Source of the DNA: Nemertoderma westbladi
Taxonomy: Eukaryota > Animalia > Xenacoelomorpha
NCBI GenBank assembly: GCA_032718475.1
Contig: JAUCBJ010003179.1
Span: forward strand, 9,813 to 73,812
DNA length: 64,000 bases
Direction of reading: 5' to 3'
Part shown: positions 50,401-61,528 of the stretch, piece by piece
How positions within the stretch are numbered: the first letter of the stretch is position 1
Layout: every line of letters begins with the position of its first letter
The notes under the pieces: generated by a model
What the model was told of the DNA's origin: nothing
Seen by the model: only the letters and a program-made list of their open reading frames with translations
Databases searched by the model: none
Program-made: the position numbers and the translations under genes

Positions 50401-51068
50401 ATAAAATATGAAGATGAGAGAGAGAATTGGGAACAGTTTCGAAGCAAAACTCAGTATAAGGTGGTGGTGTATTAAATGGTATATATAAATCCAAGATGAT
50501 TCACTGATACCCCCCCCCCCCCCCCCCCCCCACCTATAAAGTTTAAAAGGGGGAAATATCGTTGCAATATAAATACTGTTTTCAACTGTCCAAGTTTAGT
50601 TGACATCATTTATAAAAAGATTCAAGTTGTAAAATTGGTACACATTTGGACGGAACAAATAGCATATTAGGGCATACACCCTAAATTGATTACTACGAGA
50701 TTATATCTCGTAAGACTAAGATAGAGGGATATATAGAATACACTGTAATAGAGGGACTATCTAATATTCCATGGTATAACTCAAAGAATCTCCCACAGAT
50801 TAAAGTTCTGATTTCTCAAATGGCCATTAAACTTTCAGAGTTTCGCGGTGACAGTAGTGTCTATTTGGACTGGACTAAAAACTATAAAAGGTTCACAGTC
50901 ATCGTGTACGCAAAGTCCACACGTTTTGTCTTAATAATTCTTAACTTAAATTAATTTGAATTTAATTTACTTTGTAACACATTACATTATACTTACTTCA
51001 ACTGTCCTATTAACTTCTCCTCACGTTCGTTTCCAAGACTTTTATCCAAATGGTGACTTGTAACTTGA
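47449..51068 (-). CDS. LKAAEAR1: LKAAEAR motif-containing protein, last three coding exons (51068-50997, 50135-49955, 47514-47449); 5' exons not located
   Basis: The spliced product reads ...EREEKLIGQLK/AAEARNRLRVMRLRYQKVRHDEIEYLIASQPTALKAVRLECLLPP...DHLDRLQ/RFRIEQIIDD...*, with the LKAAEAR signature split by an intron. GT-AG boundaries and phases agree. Confidence 0.85.
47770..49700 (+). repeat. Intronic satellite, 28-bp unit ACACCGGAGGCGACAATAAACTCATCTT, degenerate toward 49700, with a ~453-bp internal duplication
   Basis: Direct inspection; the unique flank gactttata.ttgttcaggttttaaatttcg... occurs at 47690 and again at 48143. Confidence 0.95.
49740..49870 (+). mobile_element. Degenerate 3'-end fragment of the same RTE family
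   Basis: cactggccttgaaggtgcggatgatc...gagttgtggcgg...gccggtatatcattcttaatgcaacatgtcgat aligns with 17255-17382. Confidence 0.7.
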
Positions 51069-51105
51069 CTGAAACAGAATAAAATTGAACTAAATGAACC
51101 CTTAA

Positions 51106-53465
51106 CCCTTTGAGTCCCATGGATCAACAGGTGATCCATGACATAGTGCGCCATGGATCAGATGTTGATCCATGACATTAATGTGTTTCTACGGGTCCAT
51201 AGGTAGGTACAGCGCATAAATAATCACTCATTTCGAATAGCCCGCGCATTAGGCTTTCATTTGATACCTAAATAAAAGTCTGGATGTCATGTTCCTGCTC
51301 ATGAACCGGTACAACACACCTACAACTGCAGTACTGACACTCTTCTACTTCAGTAATTGTGGGGCGTTTTCATTAATTTTTTAAGTAGGCCTAGTTAGGA
51401 TGAGTAGGCCTGTTAGGAGGAAGAACCCTGTCAAGTATTATGGTTTTCACCGGGAAAGTGAGGATGAGGTGCTATCGGACGAAAGTGAAACTGGTGGCGA
51501 TGAAAGCGAATCCGGAGGAGATAAAGGTGAAACCGACGATGATGAGAGTAGCAGTGGAAGCGAGAGTGACAGTAGCGATTCTAGTAATACCAGCACCAGT
51601 ACTTCGACGTGGAACTTTATGGAGGCAGGAACCGACGCCTATGCTACGAACCACTTTATTCCTTTTACTGGAACGGTTGGGTTGGGTAGGAGGAATCGAT
51701 ACAGATGAAAGTGACGCAATCGACTACATGAAGCTGTTTCTAACCGATGAAATATTCGAAGCTATCAAAGACTGGACAAATAAACGGGCCAGACAGTTTT
51801 TTTTAGATGCTGCAGCAGCAGGTGTTGCTGGGAGTACCGGTACAAGTAGTTCTAGAACTTGGAAGGATATAAGCCTTTTAGAGTTGAAGAAGTTTATTGG
51901 ATTAACCATGCAAATGGGTCTAATAAGAAAACCGGATATACGATCTTATTGGGCGACTGACGAATTAATGTCAACTCCATTCTTTTTGAATCCCGGGTCG
52001 ATGAGCAGAAACCGATACCTAGACATACTCAAGTTCTTGCGATTAGCAGATCCTGACAATGTTATACCAGATAAAAGAGAAACACGCGTTAACGATTTTT
52101 TAAATATTGTGAACAAAAACTGTCAGATCTATAAACCGGATGTAAATTTAGCTTTAGATGAATCTCTCGTACTACACAAAGGTAGACTCAAATTCAAGGT
52201 ATTTATTCGCACTAAACGTGCTAGGTTTGGAATAAAACTTTTTATCTTATGTGACTCCGAGGGATACATGATAAACTCGATGGTGTATTACGGTAAATCC
52301 TCGGAAATACCGCAGGTTGTTTCTACACCACCATTATCTCACAGTGAAAACATTGTAGCTCTCTTGTTTCAGCGCTCAGATTTATTAGATAAAGGCCACA
52401 TTTTCCATGTCGACAATTGGTACTGCAGTATCCGATTAGCTGAGTTCTTGTTGGAACATAACACTGGAATTAGGGGAACAATCAGGCCTAACCGAGGTGT
52501 ACCCCTGGCCTTGAAATCGTTTGCTCAGCAGCCGATCTAATCTAAATTTATGAGGAAAGATTCTATTTTGATTGTGAAATTTACTGACAAAAGGGATGTG
52601 TATTTTTTATCGACTGTCGACGACGCTGATCTGACTCCTATATCTCGCATTGTTCGGGGAGGTGATACTATCAATTATGATAAGCCAACGGCCATTGACC
52701 AATACAATAAGAAAATGGGAGGCGTAGATGTACAAGACCAACTTATTGCGTATTACAATCCGGTTAGAAAAAGCCACGCATGGTTTAAAAAAATTGGTTT
52801 CAGTTTTATGATGCGTTTACTAATCAATGCATTTCTTCTTTATAAACGGGAAAAGAACAGCAAAGAACGATTGGTTCCATTTATAAAGAAAGCAGTCCTG
52901 TGGTTGACTGGTATCAAGTGTGCGAGCCCATTGAAGCGTACTGCAACATCTTACCTGACAGACCAACAATCTACTTCACAAGATTCCGACAATTCGACGC
53001 TGCATTCAATAAAACTTCTACCCCCAACTAGTAAGGTGCATAAGCCTAGATATCGTTGTCGTGTTTGCTATGCAAAAGGTAAAAATGTACTTACACGGTG
53101 TTATTGCCCAGATTGTCCAAATAAACCCGGTTTATGTATTGGTTGTGCTGGTGAATGGCACAAAAATGTCGGTTTGTAATATAATAATGTTATCAAACGT
53201 ATTATTAATAAATCTTCAATAATTGTTTACATTGTTTTACGAAAATATATATTATATTATATATATATATAAAATATATATATATTATATATATAAAATA
53301 TATATATTATGTATATAAAATATATTATATATCTATTGTATATAATTGTTGTACAATATTGCCGATTCTATGTCAAAATATACGCTGTGAAAACCATATT
53401 TTGCCGGTGGTATTTTGGTCGGCGCACCATATGTTCAGAAATTTGTGGTATCGGTACTTAAAGGG
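51106..53465 (+). mobile_element. Full-length piggyBac transposon
   Basis: TTAA TSD at 51102-51105 and 53466-53469; TIRs CCCTTTGAGTCCC and GGTACTTAAAGGG; internal transposase remnant. Confidence 0.95.
51400..53179 (+). pseudogene. piggyBac transposase (PGBD4-like) with one frameshift (~51690) and one in-frame stop (52538-52540)
   Basis: Acidic N-terminus in ORF 51400; catalytic LDES and VDNWY motifs in ORF 51440-52540; YNKKMGGVDVQDQ and the C-terminal Cys-rich domain CRVC...CPDC...LCIGC...WH in ORF 52550-53179, which is in the same frame as 51440. Confidence 0.92.
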
Positions 53466-56400
53466 TTAAAAACGTAATAATTTGATTGAGAGTTGTTGTT
53501 ACTCGTAGATCGGCTCTTACTGACGTACTATTGTGGTAGGGAGTCAACGACCACTAGGTCAAACCCTCACATGCAAACTCCAAACCACAATCTAGGGAGT
53601 AATTTATCCAGTTACATCTATTCTATTCCAAACAGATGTACAAATATATCAGGAGCACCAATACAATTAACTAAGGATAGGTTGAATACTACAGAACAGC
53701 CCTATTAAAAGTCTCTTTGGACGAAAACGCACATCTACATAATTAGCGATGCTGTATGTGTTGTGTAAGCTTCAATATAGTTCGGTAGTATTCCCTTCGT
53801 GTATGCATTCACAGCTCACGCACTAGTGTACATAAGGGTTTAGTACAATTACTTACTACTACACTCTAAATGGGTAGCTCCCCTTTTAGTTTAGGTTAGT
53901 TACAGAACGATATTTTCTAACAGAGGTTACTGACCTATCGAACATGGCCAATCTCTGATGTACCGGAGTTACTTTAGTTAGTTACACGTTGCAATTTTTC
54001 AGTTTCTATATTTCCCAGATGTGCGGGCTGATGCGCTGCGCCTTTAAGTGTGTATAACTTAAAAATAAATTATACAAGTTTCGCCAGGCGTAATACTTAT
54101 ACTCCTTCCGGTAGACTGTCCTCAGGCTATAATCAGTTGTAAAACACGTTCGTGGGACGTCGAGCAGCACGCGAACTTGAGCATGTTCGAAATAAGTTCG
54201 ATTTGATCTGGAGTCAAAAGTACGAGAGGTATTTGCCCGTAAGTTTAAAAAATAATGGAACTTTTTCTCTAGTATGACCATACAAAATTTGGTTGAAAAA
54301 GGTTAAAATCTTCAAAAGTTATTTACGAATCAAATTTTCATTACAGACAGACGGACAGACAGACAGACGGACATGAAATTTTGCCCTATTTACTAATTAT
54401 AATTGTGCGCTAAGGCTCGCCTTTACTGCGTGGTTCTCCCCACATAACTGAATAATACGAAATTGCAATTCAAAATTCCCGCCTAAACAAATTGTAATTT
54501 TTCATATTATTATGTTGATCAACTAATTATAATAACCTAAGGTCGGTCTTCTGGGAGGAGTCAGAACATTCAGCTGATGATAACCGGAAGTTTGAAACCA
54601 AGGTACCGTGTACGAGCCCCAATAGGGTCGGTTGATGTTTTTCTCTATGGGGAGCCTTATCATGTAGTTATGTTATATACATTATATACGCCCCTTACTC
54701 ACACCGCACAGATGAGTACAAAAGTCATTCAAACGCAACGTTAACATCAGTTAATAGTAAAAAGTATATCATTCTCTCCTCTCAAATCAGTCAATAAGGT
54801 ATTTTACCCGCGCACCAATATTCCTCCACCTGTTGATTTATTCTTTTAAGCTAGCGCCACTGAGATATATAGAGTAGTGGGCATCCAATCTGCAGTACAA
54901 TGAATGGTTGACTAGGTTAACCCTTCACTTTCACTCAACTTATAATTACGCATCGGAAGCAATTATTTATCGTTGGAGCTGGAATTATTAATTATCGTGT
55001 CAGAAATACATATGAGGTTGAAATGGAATGATTAACAATTGAAAGCGTCGGTTTATCGAGATATTATAAATTCTTAAACACTCAATTTCCTATTAATTAA
55101 GCGGCGACTTAGGATTAGATGGATTTGAATGGTCCGGGCACTTCCCTCTCGGCCAATCGTTTAAGCTGAAAACTGATTGGATGAACAATGAATTGGAATA
55201 ACTAATACTTTATTAATCATTGCGCGGATTTCGTGAAAGGCACCCGGCTTGTCAAATGCTGACCGGGGAAATAATTAAACTCAGCATTATTTCCTTTGGC
55301 ATAAATAAGTTTGCCTCACTTGGCGGTATCGATTGAGTTGGGCTGGGAGAGGGGCTTCCTTTCAGCCTTTAGTCAATCAATCGATTGAAAACCAACACAA
55401 TTTCAAGAGATTAAAATATTAAGAGCTGACCTTTGAAATGAAGGAGTTCGTGGGCTACTTTTTAAAAGTTGGGAATACAGAGTAAACTTTTCGTCAAATG
55501 TGAACACATATATGTTAGTGCGAAATATATACCAAATATATCGGTGTTTGATCTAAGTGGGTGCCTCTCCTTTAGAGGATGGCATTTATGTACCATCGAG
55601 GGATCTGGTGTCTTCTGTAGTAACAGCCCAGGAACTGCCACCAAATGGCACCACAGGCTCTACTACTGCCCGGAACTCTGCTGCTGCTCAAATCTACAGA
55701 TAAGGTTTGATTCCAGGTAATTTTCACACCTTTAATCATCTATTTTAATGCACACCATGCGTTAATTTATGTATGACTTGGAATCTATGTCATGAGTTAG
55801 GTTTTATTAAAAACTTCAATTTTGATTTTTATGAAGATTTGGTACCTTTTTATAACTCAGGCCTCTTGTGATGAAATAAACATTTGAAAGATGCGATGTT
55901 TCAATACGGATTCTCTAGTTTGTATCTTTGGAGAGTAGCACATCGAGTACCGTATTGAGTCTTCTTGATCCTAATGGACACACTTTTCTCACGCACGGTA
56001 GAGACAATATCACCTGTCCACCACTTCCTCTGCCACAAAACCTTAACGCGGTATTCAGCAATAATTTACATAATTTTTTAAAATTTCCTAAATGATAAAT
56101 TATTAATCATAATACTTTTTAAAAAGTGCAGTTCATTCACCCTACGTGAAGAGGAAGGGACCACGAACGGGTTATAATTTGTTTTGGTGAATTGTCAGTT
56201 ATCAGTTTTGAATAGAAATAAAATACCCAAATTGTTGAATTCAAAAACAAATTATGTAAATTACGATTCAACGTAATCGTGTGCAAGTAATTAAATTAAA
56301 CCGTAATTAAAATGTCCATCGCTCTCTCGAGGTTATGGAGATATACGGACAGGTGTGGCGGGGTGGAAATATGTTGCAGAAGAGGACACGAGTTAAAATG

Positions 56401-57532
56401 ATCAATTGTACCTGTGGATTTAGCGCAAAGCAATAATACACATGAATCATCCGGTCTCCAACAGTTTCCTTTGTTGCAGATCTTAGGTGAAATCCATTTA
56501 GAGATAATTGAGCGGCGGCTCGACGACTTCTGCCTTTCAAATATATAAGTGAGATCGTGTTGTTACTAGTGGGACTGCCAATATTACAAACAGACCAATA
56601 TAGACAGGACAGCATACGGTCTAGATTCTTCTTAATATGGAAATTGACAACAGAACTACATTGACAACCAGGGAAACTCCCACAGTAGAAATATTAACTA
56701 TACAATATTAGTTTCCCTTATTATTTGATGGATGGACATACAGACCAACAGACAGACATATTTACATACAGTCATACAGAAGTCTAGATTCAGACAAATT
56801 TAAAAGGTAACACGGGAAATAAGTTTACTGACGACCTAAATTACATCTTCTGTGAAATTTTAATTTGGATGTTGTACTTTCTTTTTATTGACCTCGAAAA
56901 AGAGTAACAATTAATTCATAGACAAATGTTTAAGTGCGTTTTTCTCGGAATTGAGTTTCAGAATCTAAACCAACCATCAATGTAGCCTGTCACATTATCT
57001 CGAGAACGGAAATAGATATCGCTTAGCTGTTTGCAGATTCAGAATCACTGAAAAATTGTAGTTACAATGAGATTAAAAAATAAAAATCGTCCCTCCCTAC
57101 ACACGGACCTACAGTATGTGTGTAGTAGGGCCTACACTGATTCTAGTGTTACTGCCACATATGTTGGTTTACTTTGACATGCTACAGTACTATTATATAC
57201 TTCAGTCAGTCCACAACACCAGACTTAAATACTTACAATATTTTTTATTCAAAGCAATTTACGGATGTGGGGGGAAGGGGGTTATCTTCAAACGTTGCAA
57301 AATGACCCCCCCCCCCCCCCCCCCCCAACGCGATACCAAATACAAGTATATTGAGGCACGGACAAAACGAAACTGGTTTCTGTGTTCTTGGCTCTGTATT
57401 GTTTTGGTTATAATAACCTGCTAAAGCTACTTTGCCTTAATTTCAATTAACAATATTGATTCGGCCAGATAGGATTAAAAACTTATGTATAAAATATAAT
57501 ATTAATTTTACTGACATATAATACAATACACA

Positions 57533-57865
57533 AGTGTTTAAACGGGATCCAGTTCCTGACTTTTTGGAGCGGAATCCCGAAGTATAAGTAGAGTTAGTAC
57601 AGTTTCAACATAATAGAGATATATTAATTAATTATCACATAATTTGCATGTCAGTAAACCACGAAGTCATCAATTATTGTAAAATAATTTTAATAAAACT
57701 TTATCTTACTAATATTTCATAAGTGTAAAATAAAGTGATGCAGCGTTGCTCAAAATCCGTTTTATAGATATAATGTCACACCTAATGAAAGCTTTAAGGA
57801 AATTTAATCCAAAATTTTAATCCCGATCCCGGAAATCCCGAAAAGTATGATCCCGTTTAAACAGT
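57533..57865. mobile_element. Short MITE-like element
   Basis: Inverted termini TGTTTAAACGGGATC and GATCCCGTTTAAACA with internal ATCCCG repeats; no clear TSD. Confidence 0.55.
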
Positions 57866-57948
57866 AATGGTAATGTATGTATACGATAGGATTATGAAAC
57901 GTAGACAATAATTATTAAACTCAATGTTGTTATAATATTGTAATATAT

Positions 57949-59732
57949 GGGTCAATGCCAACCATATTGACCAATGTCCCGTACGTGATTTTTGAAATTT
58001 TATTTAATTTTGAGATTAACTTTGATAATTTGCCATAGTGATGGTGAGAAAGCGCGATAATTTCTGCATATGAAACCAGAAAGTGCCCTAAAAATTTCTT
58101 GGCCGTTATTGAGAGAAACGTTCCGGAATGCAAAAATTGAGAAAATATTTTTGTCACGTATGGGAAATTTCTAAATATTTTTGTTCGTACTTTATGTCCA
58201 AATTCTTGAAAATTTGAATTAACAGTCGTTTAATGGTGGTATTGAGGTGTCCGACAAAAGATATCAGATCGAAGTGGGAAGTTTTCTGGGGAGAAAAAAA
58301 TTAAAAATTCTGTCACTGAAAATAAATTGTTCAAAGAGTGAGAACACAAAGTTTAACTTTCTGGGAAACTTTGCCGTGAAAAGTGGGGCTAAAGAGGGGC
58401 TAATTGTTTTTTTCCTGTTAATAACAATGTGATACCTACACAAAATTGTTGCATATCGTCAACTGAAAACCGTTATTTTATATCAAAAAATTAATTTGAA
58501 AATGTAAATAGACAGTTTTTTGATGTCATGTATGGGACATATTGATGTGTAATATGTGATTGATATTATGATATGTAATATATGATTGAGTGATATTGAT
58601 ATTGACATATAGGAAGGGATTTACATGGAAACAATTATTATAAATTTTGACATTTATTTTCCAATTAATAACAAATCATAAAATTCTTCAAACAACTCCT
58701 CAGTACTAGAATTTACCTTCCCACTGCCAACTCCTGTTCCACTCCCAACTTCCATCCAACCCTCAACTACTGCCCCAATCTCAAAACCCTTTCAACAAAT
58801 AGTTAATTTGGTAATAAATTAATTTGGTCTGTTGTCAATTAAGGGGGAATGATCAGGTTTCAGTTTATCTGTGACTGGTAAGCCCCCAACCATTAATTAA
58901 ATGTAAGTACTTAATTGTTTTGACCATGATTAACTTCTGCCCCCAACACAATGTCAAGTATGGGACATCCGTCACGTTATGGGACATGGCAGTTTTTTCA
59001 TCCTGGCCACATAAATTTTGACGTAGCAGTCTCACCGATACAACCCATAGATGGCAAAACTATCTGAGAAATGGATGTGGTGATCTAAATCTGCATCAGT
59101 TCGCATTTTCTGATAGAAAACCTCCGTTAAGCCAGGGACATTTTTTTGGACCATTTTGGACAAGCTCACGCAAATGTTTCAAATGCACTGATCAAACACC
59201 TAAAATTGCCAATATAACTGATTGATTCAATGGAAGAATATTAGTGGGAGTGTTAACACATCGGGTTAATGGCCTACATTTGACAATATGCTATTAAATT
59301 AATCATTTACCGAGTGTATGTGACACTGTTATTGTGTATGGACAAAAATCGGACCACGTTATTTTTTTTTGTATTTCTGATATCTCCAAATTACTACGAA
59401 GCTACGTTTATTTGTTCACATGAATTATACTCAGCAGGGATATTAATCCTTTGGCACCTGAATTGTAATTTTAATGGCCAAAATAAGCCCGTAATCACAA
59501 TAACAAAATTTGAAAAATGTAAGTAACGTAAGTGAAAATTTTTTTCAAATTCGATGTAGCCTTTTCTATAACAAACTTTTGGTTGCAGTGTATCACAGCA
59601 TGAGGGGACCGATTATTGCGTATCTGGCGATCTAATTATTAAATCCACCCGATCATTCATTCTCGAATGATTTACATTTTTGTATATTTTTTGTCCCGTA
59701 CGTGACTTGGTCAATATGGTTGGCATTGACCC
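57949..59732. mobile_element. Non-autonomous TIR element with ATAT (or AT) target duplication
   Basis: Perfect TIRs GGGTCAATGCCAACCATATTGACCAA and TTGGTCAATATGGTTGGCATTGACCC; ATAT on both flanks; recurrent internal motif GTCCCGTACGTGA/TATGGGACA. The superfamily (Sola1 or ISL2EU type) is undetermined. Confidence 0.85.
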
Positions 59733-60469
59733 ATATGTCAATGTTAAAATAATGTTGCAATAATAATGTCAAGCTGAATGAAACACGTGACATTCAAAGC
59801 CACCGCCGATATATAACGTTGTATTAGATAGTGGGGCAAGTGAAAAGTGATCTCCTCTCCTGCGTAAAATGGTTCCATGTTTTGACACTGTAATAGTGGA
59901 GAAGGGTTTATATACAACTACAGAAAAATGAGAAACAAGTTAAAAATTACACTTTCAGTACAATCTGGGTATTTATCAATCATACATGAGAAAAAAATGA
60001 GAAAGATTAAAAGTATGTAATGTAGTCCTAGCCCTTTACAGTGTGCTAAAAGTATGTAATGTAGTCCTAGCCCTTTACAGTGTGATGATTCGGGTGGTTT
60101 ATTACACTAACGAGAGAAATGAGTGAGTGCAATCAAAGCTACGAGGATCAGAACATTATAAAGTGCTTTACAACAAATGTAGTTTTATTTCAATATTCTA
60201 ACATAACGAAATTATTGTTGATGAAAAACAGCACATAAAACAAAGTATCAAAATGGTGTTTTGATATTTTTTTCCGGAAATTGAATAGAGCAACAAAAAG
60301 TTTCCACCGAATATTAAAAAATGCATCCATTCAATCGGAAATTATAGCTTATATTAGCGATTGCGATCTGTTGATATTTGTTAGCTAATATTTCAATTTA
60401 TTAACAATAACATGATTTGTTTGCGAAGTTAACGAGTCGTTCGTATAGCAAATTCAAGTTCACTTTCAT

Positions 60470-60937
60470 TGTAAAGTTACTCTCGTCTAGCGCTGTAAAG
60501 TTACTCTCGTCTAGCGCTGTAAAGTAGCTCTCGTATAGCGCTGAAAAGTTACTCTCGTCTAGCGCTGTAAAGTTACTCTGGTCTAGCGCTGTAAAGTAAC
60601 CCTCGTCTAGCGCTGTAAAGTAACTCTCGTCTAGCGCTGTATAGTTACTCTCGTCTAGCGCTGTAAAGTAGCTCTCGTCTAGCGCTGTAAAGTAACTTTC
60701 GTCTAGCGCTGTAAAGTAACTCTCGTCTAGCGCTGTAAAGTAACTTTCGTCTAGCGCTGTAAAGTTACTCTCGCCTAGCGCTGTAAAGTAACTTTCCGTC
60801 TAGCGCTGTAAAGTTACTCTCGTCTAGCGCTGAAAAGTAACTTTCGTCTAGCGCTGTAAAGTAACTCTCGTCTAGCGCTGTAAAGTAACTTTCGTCTAGC
60901 GCTGTAAAGTTACTCTCGTCTAGCGCCTTAAAGTTAC
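60470..60937 (+). repeat. Minisatellite, 24-bp unit CTAGCGCTGTAAAGTTACTCTCGT, ~19 copies
   Basis: Direct inspection. Confidence 0.95.
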
Positions 60938-61528
60938 TTCTCTATTGAATGTGCAGCTGTGATGTAATCTATAGTTATTAATTAATGCACAGTTATAATG
61001 TGAAACATAAAAACTCGCTATTAATATTACTAGCGGCGTTAAGAAATGTTGAAATTTTGGAATAAAACACTAAACCGCATTGCACTAATATAAGCTGGTT
61101 AAGGTAAGATTAATTATTGCATCAACAATAGCAAAAGCAAAAGCAAGCCATGGGAAATTGCCAACGTAAATCTATATGATTTTACTCAATACTTTACGGG
61201 CTGAAACAAAAAGGAAACTAATTAATACGAATATTATTATATAGAACCGATTTACTCGTCTTTGCAGATAACTACTGAAGATGAGAACAGTTGACAGTAA
61301 ATATCTTACTTAACTGATAGGCCTATAGCGTAAAGAGTTGTACAATGAAAAATGTAAATAAAAATTATGAGTTAATTTTTGGAAAAAACAATAAACCGAT
61401 TTCGCCTAAACAAATTTCTCATCGGAATACTCCGTTGGTGTACAATACAACAATAAGCATATAATAATAATACTATTGCATAGATAAAGTATTAAGTAAA
61501 CCGGTACCTGTATAAAACTGGAAGTTCG

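Noticed and set aside
54000-54420. Possible Helitron-like fragment with (GACA)n microsatellite
   Set aside because: No diagnostic termini or hairpin could be identified with confidence.
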